Of a DNA stretch of 64,000 nucleotides, positions 34,480 through 45,252 are shown piece by piece. Numbering within the stretch: position 1 is the stretch's first letter; the number at the start of each line of letters is the position of its first letter. The notes beneath the pieces were generated by a model. That model was not told the DNA's origin. It searched no databases and saw only the letters and a list, made by a program, of their open reading frames with translations. The stretch lies in the NCBI GenBank assembly GCA_002336805.1, contig DDEZ01000012.1, positions 647,040-711,039 of the forward strand. Direction: 5' to 3'. This DNA comes from Bacteroidetes bacterium UBA1941 (GTDB lineage: Bacteria; Bacteroidota; Bacteroidia; Chitinophagales; LD1). The translations under genes and the position numbers were made by a program.

Positions 34480-35312
34480 AGCGCCTCACTATACTAGCCA
34501 TGATCGCGGCGCTGATCACCAGTGCCTGCCGCAAGGATATACACCTCAACCTGCAGAATGCCTCCGGCCTGCTGGTGGTAGAGGGCAACGTCACCGACCA
34601 GCCCGGACCCTATGTAGTGCAGCTATCCAGGACGGTGACATTCTATGACAAAGATACTGTGGTGCCGGTATCCGGCGCGGCGATCTCTATCACCGATAAT
34701 GCAGGGAGCTACGACTCCCTGACAGAGCAAGCTCCGGGCTACTACACTACCACTGCGCTCAGTGGCACTGTGGGCCGCACCTATCACATGCATGCCCGTG
34801 TAGATGGCAAGGACTACGATGCTACCGGCACCATGCAGCCACCGGTAGCTATAGACTCTATCGGTATCAGTGGTTCCTTTTTCTCTAATAGTCCGAGGGC
34901 GTTCATACAGTTTAGCGATCCGGCGGGTGTGATCAACTACTACAGGACCATACTGTACCTACATGAGCATGTAGACTCGGGCGCTGTAGGTACACAGCAT
35001 ACGCGCCAGCACAGGGTAGCCGTGGTGAGTGACAGGCTGAGTGACGGCCTGACCATACAGTCTACTGTACGGGCTGACTATGGTATAGATGTAGGCGATA
35101 CACTGCAGGTAGAGCTGGATGCCATAGAGAAACCGGTCTATGACTACTGGTATACGGTCAATAACTCGACCACCAGCAGTCAGACCGCAGCCCCTGCCAA
35201 TCCTCCATCCAATATATCAAATGGAGCGCTGGGCTATTTCAGCGCGCATAGTGCTACATACAGCAGGCACATCATCTATGATGGTAGCCTGCACTTTCAC
35301 AGGATAGACTAG
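34476..35312 (+). CDS. DUF4249 family lipoprotein
   Basis: It has a lipobox (LITSAC) and the stretch LLVVEGNVTDQPGPYVVQLSRT. Its start overlaps the TonB-receptor stop by 4 nt (ATGA); this is the usual partner arrangement in Bacteroidota. Confidence 0.75.
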   Translation: MKRLTILAMIAALITSACRKDIHLNLQNASGLLVVEGNVTDQPGPYVVQLSRTVTFYDKDTVVPVSGAAISITDNAGSYDSLTEQAPGYYTTTALSGTVGRTYHMHARVDGKDYDATGTMQPPVAIDSIGISGSFFSNSPRAFIQFSDPAGVINYYRTILYLHEHVDSGAVGTQHTRQHRVAVVSDRLSDGLTIQSTVRADYGIDVGDTLQVELDAIEKPVYDYWYTVNNSTTSSQTAAPANPPSNISNGALGYFSAHSATYSRHIIYDGSLHFHRID

Positions 35313-35317
35313 GCGCT

Positions 35318-36595
35318 CTATTTCTCCAGTATCATGGTGACGCTCTGGCCGCCTGCGGCGCAGACAGAGATGACACCCTTGCCCGAGCCTTTCTCATTCA
35401 GTAGCTTGGCCAGTGTGGCGAGGACACGGCCTCCTGTAGCTGCAAAGGGGTGGCCAGCGCCGAGACTGCTTCCGTTCACATTCAGCTTGCTCCGGTCTAT
35501 AGCACCGAGGGCTCTGACACCATACTTACTACTGAGCTCCTCGCTCTCCCATATCTTGAGCTGAGCCAGCACCTGTGCGGCAAAAGCCTCATGCACTTCG
35601 TAGAAATCAAAATCCTGAAACTTCATGCCCGCCTTATCCAGCATATGTGTCATGGCATAGGTAGGTGATAGCAGGAGGTTCTGCTTTTCCTTGACAAACT
35701 CTATGGCTGCTACCTCGGCATGCGTGATGTAGGCCAGGACCGGCAGGTTATGCGCGCGGGCCCAGTCCTCACTGGCGAGGAGCACGCAAGAGGCGCCATC
35801 TGTGAGGGGAGATGAATTGCCGGCGGTGAGTGTGCCATTGCCTTTATCAAAAGCAGGTTTCAGTTTGGCGAGCTTCTCCAGGCTGCTGTCCGGGCGGAGA
35901 TTATTATCACGGTCCAGGCCAGCGTAGGAGGTCATGAGATCTTTGAAAAAACCACGGTCATAGGCTGCTGCCATTTTCTGATGGCTGGCCAGGGAAAAGG
36001 CATCCTGGTCCTCCCGCGAGATATTGAAATATTTTGCAGTCACCTCTGTATGATCTCCCATGGACATGCCGGTGCGTGGCTCTACATTGAGCGGTGGTAC
36101 GGGTGCCCAGTCCTTCAGCCTGATGCTGAGAAAGAGTTTGATGCGCTCACCTGTGGTCTTGGCGCGGCGGGCGGCCAGGAGTGTCTTGCGCAGCTTCTCA
36201 CCAAAGACAAGCGGCACATCACTCGAAGAATCCACACCACCTGCTATACCACACTCTATCTGACCGAGGGCTATCTTATTGGCTATATAGATGGCAGACT
36301 CTACGCCTGTATCGCAGGCCTGCTGCAGATCACAGGCCGGCGTACGCGGATCCAGCGCTGTGCTGAGTACACTCTCGCGCATGAGATTAAACTCGCGTGT
36401 ATGCTTTAGCACGGCACCACCGGCCACCTCGCCCAGGAGCTGCCCCTGCAGTCCATAGCGCTCTATGAGGCCATTCAGCGCAGCTACCATCATATCCTGA
36501 TTGCTGGCATTGATATAGTTTGAATTGTGGCGGGCAAAAGGGATCCTATTGGCTCCGATGATCGCTACACGGCGATAGGCATTGGTATATGACAT
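35318..36595 (-). CDS. Acetyl-CoA C-acyltransferase (thiolase family)
   Basis: 425 aa. It has the thiolase C-terminal signatures NVNGSSLGAGHPFAATGGRVL and VCAAGGQSVTMILE, and an N-terminal RRVAIIGANRIPFAR. Confidence 0.9.
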   Translation of the reverse strand: MSYTNAYRRVAIIGANRIPFARHNSNYINASNQDMMVAALNGLIERYGLQGQLLGEVAGGAVLKHTREFNLMRESVLSTALDPRTPACDLQQACDTGVESAIYIANKIALGQIECGIAGGVDSSSDVPLVFGEKLRKTLLAARRAKTTGERIKLFLSIRLKDWAPVPPLNVEPRTGMSMGDHTEVTAKYFNISREDQDAFSLASHQKMAAAYDRGFFKDLMTSYAGLDRDNNLRPDSSLEKLAKLKPAFDKGNGTLTAGNSSPLTDGASCVLLASEDWARAHNLPVLAYITHAEVAAIEFVKEKQNLLLSPTYAMTHMLDKAGMKFQDFDFYEVHEAFAAQVLAQLKIWESEELSSKYGVRALGAIDRSKLNVNGSSLGAGHPFAATGGRVLATLAKLLNEKGSGKGVISVCAAGGQSVTMILEK

Positions 36596-36700
36596 GGCGG
36601 GAGTATTTATGACCTAAAGTTGCTCATTTTATTTGTGTGTCACATCATTTATCAGTCAACTGCGATATCTCCTGAACGGAAGGAGGCAGGCACGGCAAAT

Positions 36701-36726
36701 AAAAAAGGCCACCCGGAGGTGGCCTT
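36701..36726 (-). terminator. Rho-independent terminator of the 2055-aa cargo gene
   Basis: The reverse strand reads AAGGCCACC-tccg-GGTGGCCTT followed by TTTTTT. It lies 22 nt downstream of the stop at 36748. Confidence 0.75.
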
Positions 36727-36747
36727 CACTATTGTGTGCTGAGCGTA

Positions 36748-39700
36748 TTATCTGATGACGAGCATACGTCTTGTCTTTACAAAGTCGCCTGCCTTCATCT
36801 GGTAGAAGTAGACTCCTGACTGCAGGTCCTGCTGTGCGAAAGACACCTTATGATTGCCCGCAGCCTGCGTGCCGCTGACCAGATTGGCCACGAGGCGGCC
36901 GGCCTCATCATAAAGCACGATACTCACCTGCTGTGCTGTAGGGATATTGTACTGTATCTCGGTATTGTGGCTGAATGGATTTGGTACATTCTGCAGGAGG
37001 CTGTAGCCTTCGTTGAAATTGACAGCATTGATACCGGTAGCAGTCTGCACATTGATCACATATGGTGACTCTACACGCGCTACTGCGCTATCAGGTATCA
37101 CATGTATAGTGTCGTAGATCGGCTCGTACTCTACGTCATTATCCGTATCGTAGACTTTGTAGGTGATGGTCTGTGTCGCATTAGCAGTATCACCGTGTAT
37201 GGTGATGAATACCCTATAGGCATTGAGGCTATGCAGGTAGATAGGCTGTGCCACACCTACGCAGGTACCATTCACAAATGCACCTACCAGGTAGTGGCTC
37301 TGTGTAGTAGAGATACCATTGAACTGGAGGTCCGCCGTCACGCTCATATTCTGCTGGTAGATGTTATCGTCAGCATTCCACGATGGGAGGCTGCGGCTAG
37401 GTGGTATCACAAAGTTGAAGGCATTGGCTGTCTTCAGCTTGTAGCCCTGGCCAGGATACATGTTATTGAGCGTACCGGACCAGTTGCCGGCGTTGTACTG
37501 TGTAAACTGGCTTTGCGTCTTGAGCAGGTCGCCGTCGGCTACATTTACAGTAGCCAGGTAAGAGGTAGCGCTGGAGATATCCTGGCGAGGATATCCTACC
37601 CAGTTCCAGCCGGCGGCTATCTGTATGCTGGTGGTATCTGTGACCGGTGTACCGAGTACATGCAGTGTATCAGGCTGGCTGAGCTGGATCATATAGCTCT
37701 TCTTCGTATTGAAGGTAGCCAGCGCACCCTGCCAGGTACCTGCACCTGTAGATGGCCTGTAGTATTGCGCAAATGAATTGTCGGTCTTTACGATACTGGC
37801 ATTGACCGGATGCAGGTGAGACAGTACATTATTAGCACTCATGTCCGTTGCATTCACATTCAGGGAGAACCAGTTCCAGCCCGGTGTGAAGAGGATGGTC
37901 TGGAAGATACCCTGCGGGTGCAGGATGTATGGAGCCAGAGGCTGGCCTATTGTACCATTGTCTACAAACGGGAGGCGCTCCTTGGCCTGGTACTCCACAC
38001 CCGGTACGGCATCCCACATGCGGAAGGTGAGGGTATCACCTACCACATTATTGCTATATGCGGTGATAAAGGCTACATACTTATTGGTATAAGGATCGTA
38101 AGAGATACCGGCGAGACCACGGCACTCTTCACCCTTGAATACAGCTATGGTATCACGGGTATCTGTAGAGAGTGGTGTATTGAGATCCGTGGTACTGAAA
38201 TTGGCTGTCACGTTCATACTATACTGGTACGCGGCAGGATTTACACTCCAGTTTGGATGAGGCTTGACTACATCCAGATTGACAAAGAGGAAAAGATCAC
38301 GGCCACTGGCGCGTGCTATCACGGTGTCTGTGTAATGCCCCGGATTCAGGGAGTTTTGCAGGGTGAATGTTACATTCCTTGTAGAAGGGTTGGTCGGTGT
38401 GCCGGCAGTCATGGTATAGACAGCCTGCTGAGGCGTGCTGAGCCATGACGGCATGTGTGTGATAGTAAATGAATCCAGCGGACCTACATTCAGCATGGTG
38501 CCGGTGGCAGAAGCTGCTGTGCCGGCTATAGCGCTGATGTTCATATTGGCCGGGCTCCAGTATACTTTTGACCTGTTTACTACAAAGCTCCACTGCACGG
38601 GCTGCTGCAGGGTATTGCCATTGATGTCATACACATTATTGATAGTGCTGATCAGGGTCACATTCTCCAGGCTGTCTATGAGTGATGGAGGATTGGTATA
38701 GATGATCAGTGATGAGCCGCTGCATACTATGGAGTCAGGTATCACCTGACCATTGTCCGCGCGCACGAGTGTAGAGTAGATATGGTCGTAGGCATTGGCC
38801 CTGCCACAGTCTATAGGCTCGTTGAATGTGATGGAGATATTCTGGCCTACATTCAGCACGCCATCTGCAGGAGATGGGGTACCGAAGAGCTGCAGATTGG
38901 TACGATCTATCTTGCCACTGAGTGTCTGAGAGTAGGTGCGGCCGCCAGGCTGCGAGCCGCAGTTGGCAAAGGCGCGTATCTCATAGTTGCCATCTGCGAG
39001 GGCAGATGTATTGAGTATGTATGCATAGTATGGCGCTACGAGGCGTGCGCGTGTGATAGGCGGATTGATAGCCGGCACCCATGAGCCACCTACTGAGCGG
39101 TACTCCAGGCCGATGCTGATCAGATTGCTATCCGTAGCATTGTAGCCAGAGAAGATGATAGGGAGTGTGTCATGGCTGGCTGCATTCACGAGCCAGTTGT
39201 CTGACGGTGTATAGAGGCCTATAGGACTGCAGGTACTCTGGAAGTGTGCCTCAAACGTGATCGTATTACCCTCACCACCATCGCACGGAGAGGATGCAGC
39301 TATCTGCAGGCCATTGTAGTCAGATGCTATAGGACCGCGCTCTACAGTGAGCACCACCGGCAGGTCAGTACCTGCAGCTACGGTGAATGCAGCCGGAGAG
39401 TTATTGATCTGCTGGCCGCCTATCTTGATGATGGCACCCTCAGTATTGCTCTCTGGCACGGCTTGTATATTATAGGTACGCGTCTCCATGCTCTCACTGA
39501 GGTTGACGATATGTGCAGTGAATGTAGCAGGCTGCGTGATAGGTACATTGGATACAGAATAGTTATCCAGCGTGACCTGTACGGAGTCGCGGGCCTGAGT
39601 GCCCGGCCAGTGAGGACAGGCACTGGTACCAGCTACGAGGTCAAAGGCCGGTGTACCATATACATTATCCTTTTTGACATCTACGCTATAGAAGTTGCCC

Positions 39701-42700
39701 ACTGTATTATCCTCCAGGTGGTAGCCGAAGGTCTTGGAGCGTACTACGTTGGTAGAACTGCCAGTATTCATATTCCAGTGGAAGTTCATCTTGACCCCTA
39801 GCTGCGTATTGGCAAAGCCGTCGAGGTTTTCACCGAAGAATACGCCGAGGCCTGCATTGACATCGAGGAAAGTAGTGTAGTCAATAGACTGTGTAGAGTC
39901 GGTACCGCTGGTCTGCTCATAGTCATATACTGCACCTGCGCTGTATGACAGGTTTTGTATAAATGTAGATGAGGTGTCGGCATTCTTGCGGTTCTTCTGC
40001 ACTACCTGCTTCCATACATCTATATATGACTGCATGAGCTGTATCGTATCCCCATGAGCCAGGGAGCGGAGCAGCTCGAGCTGCGGTATGAGCGTCTCGG
40101 TGATGTGCTTCTCTGTATAGATATAGTTTGTGGCCAGGCCATTGGCGCCCCAGGCCAGCTGGGTATCGCGCACTACCTGACAGTTCTTGAGTGAGATCAC
40201 GTCTGAGAGGGCATAGATCATATTGAATGACCCGCCTACATACACATCACCCTGATGACCTACCAGGGCTATGTCTGTACCATTATTAGCATTGGAGGTA
40301 GATATCTGCTGGTGAGCGGTAAAGGTGGTATTGACCTCTGTATTGTGATTCTGGTCGCCGCCAGCCTGAGCATCTGCAGTGATCTCTACACCGGCGCCTA
40401 CTACTATACCGGTGAAAGGAATCGGGATACCAGCACCGATTTTGGCATCTACATATGGGCCGGCTGAGCCACCCACCTGATAGGAGTTGCTATAAGAATA
40501 ATTGACCGAAGAGTCCTGCGCGAGGAAGCTATAGCTGCTGCTGCCAGGAGGTGCATGCAATACAAAAAACGGCAGCTCCGGCGTCTTGGTCACAAAGGTC
40601 TGCGTGTGTGGCCGGTGACCGGTGACGAGTATCTGCTTGCCCCAGTTTGGCGCTGTATTATTGCCTACGTGAGCAAAGAACTGAAGCACTTTGAGATAAG
40701 GCGCGGCGATATTAGGCACGCCCGGCAGGAGGAGGTAGTCATAGCGCCCACGGTAAAAATTGACCGTCTGCGGTGCGCCCACGTCACTCACGTCATCATA
40801 TATCACGAGCTGGCCTGAGTCTACAGGGCAGCTGGTAGAGTCATAGGCAAAGAACTCTTTGATAGAGACGCGCAGTGGTATACGGTCTCCCTGATCCACT
40901 ATGTAGCCACCATTGATGGATGGACATACTGTAGAGAGAGGGAAATTCAATACATCTACTGTGATCTGGCCGTGGTAGACAAATGCAGCACGTGGTACGA
41001 TGACCCTATTGGTCGTCACTGTGTCTATGATCGTATCGCGATGTGCGGGATATACTATGATCTGACCGCTGATGAGCGTATCTGCACGTGCAGGCACCAC
41101 TGTGATAGTAGTATCTATGACAGTAGTGCTGGCAGAGTCGCGCTTGGTCACATCTACATGTATAGGGCTGGAGCCGAGCTGTGTGAGCAGCATCGGATCT
41201 TCTATCACATTATTAGAAAATCCTTTGAGGAAATTGACGGTATAAGGCTGGGCCGGTACTACTACGGCCTTCTCACCGTAGCCGCTAAAGGTGTCAAACT
41301 TGGCATAGGCGCCATTGTCCGAATTGATAGAGACGATGTCGTGATGGCTGACCTGATTGCCACAGCCACCCTTTACGCTGATCAGGATCGTATCACGCGT
41401 GAGGTCGGTAAAGTTAACATTAAATGTATCGCCCACTACGTGTATGGTGATAGAGTCAGGAGAGAATTTGTGATTGAACAATACCGGCTTGAATGTATAG
41501 TAGCCCTCTGACTGGATAGCGATGGAGAAGTCTCCGGTACCATTAGTTGTATTGCTGATATTGACATTATTCTGGTAGATGGCTACTCCACCCTCAGTAC
41601 AGTTAGGGCAGTGTGGATCAGGTGAGAAGCGCACCTTGCCTCTGACAGTAAACACTGACGTATCCTGAAAATCTACTCCGGTAGCATTGTTGCTATTCAC
41701 GGTTAGGGTACGGCGCAGGGTATCAGGGTTGAAACCGTGAGTACCCTTGTGCGGCACGATGGTCCATGTAGCGCTCGTATCATAGAAGCGGTCATTGAAC
41801 TGATAGAAGCCCGACGGATCTGTGACGACCGAATCCAGATACAGCACATTATTGATCCGGGCAAAAGCTACCATGACCACACCGCCTACACCGGCGCTGT
41901 AGATGGTGCGTACGTTGCCTTTGATCACGCCATTAGGGCGGGAGGCACCATTGTCATGAAATGTGAAAGGTGTATTGTTATTAGCATCTATCGGAGCCAC
42001 AGAGTAGTCATAGACTATACCCGGCACTCCATCAAAGTCATTATAGGTAGTAGAATTCTTATTGACCACAGCTATCTGCTGACCATTGCGCATTACTGCT
42101 ATATCATTAGGTGCATAGGCCGCGATATTGGGCCAAGTGAGCTGGCTCTTGCTATATAGCGTAGCATCAGTAGCCTGCAGGATATGGTTTGCGATAGGCA
42201 CGGAGAAATATGTACTGGAAGATTCAGGATTGCCCCAGCTGGTAGCCTGCGTCCTGACCTCATAGCTATATGTGCCCTGAGGTAGTAGCGCAGGATCTGT
42301 AAATGCATAGGTAGTACCCGACACGGTGCCTATCAGTACCCCACCGCGATAGATATTGTATTGGAGGTTTGCGTCTGGGATGTCCGAACCTTTTGTCCAG
42401 TGCAGTACAGTAAACTGGAGATTGGGAATGTTAGTAGTATTGACATAGCTGATGTAGCTATAGACCGGGCTCAGGACATTATTCGTGTAGCCATGCAGTG
42501 AATTGGTCCAGTTGTCATTATAATTATCATGTGATTTTACGTAGCTTATACCATCATCATAGCAAGTCCCGATATAATTGGTGCCACGGCCATATTGGTG
42601 AAGCTGGCCATAGAAATTACGGTTGACGTTAGGCCCTACTGCAAAGTTATAGCTACCGTTAGGAATACTGTAGTTACTCTGATTGAGGAAAGTGCCATCT

Positions 42701-42915
42701 CCGGCGCTATTGCCTATCAGGAGCTGGCGTCCATCATAATTACAATCAAAGCTGGCAAGCGTCGCTCCGGTGTAATTCATCTGAAGATAATAATCGCTGT
42801 ATTTGCCATTGACATAGTTTGTCAGTGAGCCGTTAGCACCAAAGCCTGAACTGGTGACTATCGTGCTACAAAGCAGTACAATTAAAAATTTCAGAAGGGA
42901 GTAGGGTTTCGTCAT
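36748..42915 (-). CDS. Giant T9SS cargo protein (2055 aa from MTKPYS) with type-A sorting domain
   Basis: It has a signal peptide and multiple Ig/FN3-like and carboxypeptidase-regulatory-like segments (GVIKGNVRTIYSAGVGGVVMV...DPSGFYQF). The C-terminus NVPNPFSHNTEIQYNIP...VLYDEAGRLV...GVYFYQMKAGDFVKTRRMLVIR is a Por secretion tail. Confidence 0.85.
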   Translation of the reverse strand: MTKPYSLLKFLIVLLCSTIVTSSGFGANGSLTNYVNGKYSDYYLQMNYTGATLASFDCNYDGRQLLIGNSAGDGTFLNQSNYSIPNGSYNFAVGPNVNRNFYGQLHQYGRGTNYIGTCYDDGISYVKSHDNYNDNWTNSLHGYTNNVLSPVYSYISYVNTTNIPNLQFTVLHWTKGSDIPDANLQYNIYRGGVLIGTVSGTTYAFTDPALLPQGTYSYEVRTQATSWGNPESSSTYFSVPIANHILQATDATLYSKSQLTWPNIAAYAPNDIAVMRNGQQIAVVNKNSTTYNDFDGVPGIVYDYSVAPIDANNNTPFTFHDNGASRPNGVIKGNVRTIYSAGVGGVVMVAFARINNVLYLDSVVTDPSGFYQFNDRFYDTSATWTIVPHKGTHGFNPDTLRRTLTVNSNNATGVDFQDTSVFTVRGKVRFSPDPHCPNCTEGGVAIYQNNVNISNTTNGTGDFSIAIQSEGYYTFKPVLFNHKFSPDSITIHVVGDTFNVNFTDLTRDTILISVKGGCGNQVSHHDIVSINSDNGAYAKFDTFSGYGEKAVVVPAQPYTVNFLKGFSNNVIEDPMLLTQLGSSPIHVDVTKRDSASTTVIDTTITVVPARADTLISGQIIVYPAHRDTIIDTVTTNRVIVPRAAFVYHGQITVDVLNFPLSTVCPSINGGYIVDQGDRIPLRVSIKEFFAYDSTSCPVDSGQLVIYDDVSDVGAPQTVNFYRGRYDYLLLPGVPNIAAPYLKVLQFFAHVGNNTAPNWGKQILVTGHRPHTQTFVTKTPELPFFVLHAPPGSSSYSFLAQDSSVNYSYSNSYQVGGSAGPYVDAKIGAGIPIPFTGIVVGAGVEITADAQAGGDQNHNTEVNTTFTAHQQISTSNANNGTDIALVGHQGDVYVGGSFNMIYALSDVISLKNCQVVRDTQLAWGANGLATNYIYTEKHITETLIPQLELLRSLAHGDTIQLMQSYIDVWKQVVQKNRKNADTSSTFIQNLSYSAGAVYDYEQTSGTDSTQSIDYTTFLDVNAGLGVFFGENLDGFANTQLGVKMNFHWNMNTGSSTNVVRSKTFGYHLEDNTVGNFYSVDVKKDNVYGTPAFDLVAGTSACPHWPGTQARDSVQVTLDNYSVSNVPITQPATFTAHIVNLSESMETRTYNIQAVPESNTEGAIIKIGGQQINNSPAAFTVAAGTDLPVVLTVERGPIASDYNGLQIAASSPCDGGEGNTITFEAHFQSTCSPIGLYTPSDNWLVNAASHDTLPIIFSGYNATDSNLISIGLEYRSVGGSWVPAINPPITRARLVAPYYAYILNTSALADGNYEIRAFANCGSQPGGRTYSQTLSGKIDRTNLQLFGTPSPADGVLNVGQNISITFNEPIDCGRANAYDHIYSTLVRADNGQVIPDSIVCSGSSLIIYTNPPSLIDSLENVTLISTINNVYDINGNTLQQPVQWSFVVNRSKVYWSPANMNISAIAGTAASATGTMLNVGPLDSFTITHMPSWLSTPQQAVYTMTAGTPTNPSTRNVTFTLQNSLNPGHYTDTVIARASGRDLFLFVNLDVVKPHPNWSVNPAAYQYSMNVTANFSTTDLNTPLSTDTRDTIAVFKGEECRGLAGISYDPYTNKYVAFITAYSNNVVGDTLTFRMWDAVPGVEYQAKERLPFVDNGTIGQPLAPYILHPQGIFQTILFTPGWNWFSLNVNATDMSANNVLSHLHPVNASIVKTDNSFAQYYRPSTGAGTWQGALATFNTKKSYMIQLSQPDTLHVLGTPVTDTTSIQIAAGWNWVGYPRQDISSATSYLATVNVADGDLLKTQSQFTQYNAGNWSGTLNNMYPGQGYKLKTANAFNFVIPPSRSLPSWNADDNIYQQNMSVTADLQFNGISTTQSHYLVGAFVNGTCVGVAQPIYLHSLNAYRVFITIHGDTANATQTITYKVYDTDNDVEYEPIYDTIHVIPDSAVARVESPYVINVQTATGINAVNFNEGYSLLQNVPNPFSHNTEIQYNIPTAQQVSIVLYDEAGRLVANLVSGTQAAGNHKVSFAQQDLQSGVYFYQMKAGDFVKTRRMLVIR

Positions 42916-43187
42916 GATGATGATTTGTGGCTTCAAATGTACCAAAAAGGAATGCTAAGCGAATTTTTTGTGCAGTTAAAATCAACACACAAAAAATACA
43001 TGGCAGAGTTTCAACGTAATAAACTGAATGCGAGTTGTCTTTGAGAGCAAAAGGGCCGCAAATGGTTGATATTATTAGCGCGGAGCCAGCTTTCGGTTTT
43101 CGGAAAAATCATTGAAATCAATGAGACAACATGGAAAAAAATATGCTGCTGATTTTTCACATACGTCTTTTTTCAGAATAAAAACTT

Positions 43188-43195
43188 TACGTTTG
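43188..43195 (+). promoter_or_regulatory. Candidate -7 promoter box TACGTTTG for the type-B cargo operon
   Basis: It is an exact TAnnTTTG match 26 nt upstream of the ATG at 43222. I found no clear -33 element. Confidence 0.3.
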
Positions 43196-43221
43196 TCCTG
43201 TCCTCCAAAACATCTTACCGG

Positions 43222-45231
43222 ATGAAAAAACTCTACAACCCGTTCATCAGCCTTTTATTCCTGATGGGAATACTGGCGCACAGTACACCATCAGCTGCGC
43301 AGGTCACTGCCTCCGACTCACTGACACTCGTAAGCCTCTACAATAGTACCGGTGGCAGCCTGTGGATCAACCACAGCGGCTGGCTCTCATCTAATGTAGG
43401 TACGTGGTATGGTATCACCACTGCCGGCGGCCGTGTGACACGCATCTCCCTGCCGGGGAACAACCTCTCCGGTGCCGCCACAGACTCACTGTATAAACTG
43501 AGTGCACTAAAGGTAGCTGACCTAAGCATGAACGGGCTGACCTACTTCCCGGTGCTGACCGGCCTGCACCTGGATACGCTGAACCTGGCGAATAACAAAC
43601 TGACATTCCGCCACCTGGTGCCTAATAAGGCTCATGTAGATTCTTTCTACTACGCACCTCAGGATAGCGTAGAGGCATATGTAGATACGATAGCTACCGA
43701 GCAGTCTGCTATATCACTGGTGACCACTACTGATGCTAACCCTCTGACCGGCGACAACTACAGGTGGTACCTGGATACGACACTGATCGTATCCGGCTCT
43801 TCTAATGTCTACACCATACTATGCATGGACAGCTCCAATGCAGGTAACTACTACATACGTATCACCAATGCACAGCTGCCTGCCCTGACACTCTACCGCC
43901 GTGCTATCACGCTGCATGTACGCGGCCTGTCTACTCCGGGTCCGGACTTTCATGTATGCGCGTCTACCTCTACGCTGCAGGGCACAGCACCGGCCGGCGC
44001 CAGTGTACTGTGGGCTACCCTCACCGGCGGCGGCCAAGCGCTGAATGATACACTGGCCAATACTCAGGTCAATAACCTGACAGTAGGTGCCAATGTATTC
44101 CAGTTTGGAGTGACGGCTAATAATATCTCCTGCCCAGCCAATAAGTACTCGTATGCCAGTGTGACCATCACGCGCGATACTAATCCATCTCCTGCCTATG
44201 CGGGACTCGACCAGAGTGTGTGCAGCCCTCAGGCTACGCTCTCTGCTGGGCCACCATCTGTAGGTACGGGCACATGGACGGTGATCAAAGGTGCGGGCAC
44301 TGTAGCACAGTCCGGCAGTGCATCTACTGCGGTCAATGGCCTGTCCTTTGGTGAAAACATCCTGCGCTGGCAGCTGGCAAACGGAGCCTGTGTGCCTACC
44401 TTCTTTGATGAAGTGAAGATCTACCGTGACGATACGCTGAGGACTGTCAACGCCGGTATGGACACCTCTATCTGCCCTACTACCTATGTACTGGGCGGCG
44501 TACTGCCTGCTGATGCATCCGGTGTATGGAGTGTGGTGTCAGGTGCGGGTACATTCTCTCCTGCAGACTCCCCGCGCGCTACTGTGACCGGGCTCAATGA
44601 ATTTGCCAATACGCTGCGCTGGACCGTGTCAAACGCGTGCAATACACTATCTGACGATGTAGTAGTGACAGTCTACCACTTCGTACATGCCAATGCAGGA
44701 CCAGACAGGACCGTCTACTACTCTCCTATCACACGCTACCCGCTGGCAGATACACTCAGTGTAGCAGTAGGTGGCACGGCTCCATATACCTATGCATGGA
44801 CACCGGCAGATAATCTGGATGACGCCGGCAAAGAGCATGCACTTTTCCTCACGCCGGACACTGGTGTGTACACCTTTGCCGTGCTGGTGACTGATGCACA
44901 TGGCTGTACAGCTACAGATGATGTGGTCTATACCGCTACCAAGGGTACTGTACTGGCAGTGCCGACACTCTTCACTCCTAATGGTGATGGGCTGAATGAC
45001 GAACTCTACATACCCGGCATAGAGAGCTATCCGGACAATGAACTGACCGTAGTAGACCGCAATGACCAGGTGGTACTGCACCGCAATGGCTACAAAAATG
45101 ACTGGAAAGGAACAAATGAAGAAGGGTTCTCACAACTGGGGCACAAACTGGCTGCAGACACTTACTTCTACACGCTGAAACTGGAAGATGGCAAAACGAT
45201 CCAGAAAGGCTTTTTCCTCATCAAATACTAA
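43222..45231 (+). CDS. T9SS cargo with LRR N-terminus and type-B (gliding-motility CHU_C-type) C-terminal sorting domain
   Basis: The C-terminus VPTLFTPNGDGLNDELYIPGIESYPDNELTVVDRNDQVVLHRNGYKNDWKGT...DTYFYTLKL...GFFLIKY is the classic type-B sorting domain. The N-terminus is LRR-like (ISLPGNNLSG...LDTLNLANNKLTF). Confidence 0.85.
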   Translation: MKKLYNPFISLLFLMGILAHSTPSAAQVTASDSLTLVSLYNSTGGSLWINHSGWLSSNVGTWYGITTAGGRVTRISLPGNNLSGAATDSLYKLSALKVADLSMNGLTYFPVLTGLHLDTLNLANNKLTFRHLVPNKAHVDSFYYAPQDSVEAYVDTIATEQSAISLVTTTDANPLTGDNYRWYLDTTLIVSGSSNVYTILCMDSSNAGNYYIRITNAQLPALTLYRRAITLHVRGLSTPGPDFHVCASTSTLQGTAPAGASVLWATLTGGGQALNDTLANTQVNNLTVGANVFQFGVTANNISCPANKYSYASVTITRDTNPSPAYAGLDQSVCSPQATLSAGPPSVGTGTWTVIKGAGTVAQSGSASTAVNGLSFGENILRWQLANGACVPTFFDEVKIYRDDTLRTVNAGMDTSICPTTYVLGGVLPADASGVWSVVSGAGTFSPADSPRATVTGLNEFANTLRWTVSNACNTLSDDVVVTVYHFVHANAGPDRTVYYSPITRYPLADTLSVAVGGTAPYTYAWTPADNLDDAGKEHALFLTPDTGVYTFAVLVTDAHGCTATDDVVYTATKGTVLAVPTLFTPNGDGLNDELYIPGIESYPDNELTVVDRNDQVVLHRNGYKNDWKGTNEEGFSQLGHKLAADTYFYTLKLEDGKTIQKGFFLIKY

Positions 45232-45252
45232 ACCCGACTAAACCTCATCTGT

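Noticed and set aside
37102-37776. 224-aa plus ORF and about a dozen other plus-strand ORFs of 70-212 aa between 36.8 and 42.9 kb.
   Set aside because: All are antisense to the continuous 2055-codon T9SS cargo ORF, and their products are Cys/Arg/Ile-rich with no recognisable features.
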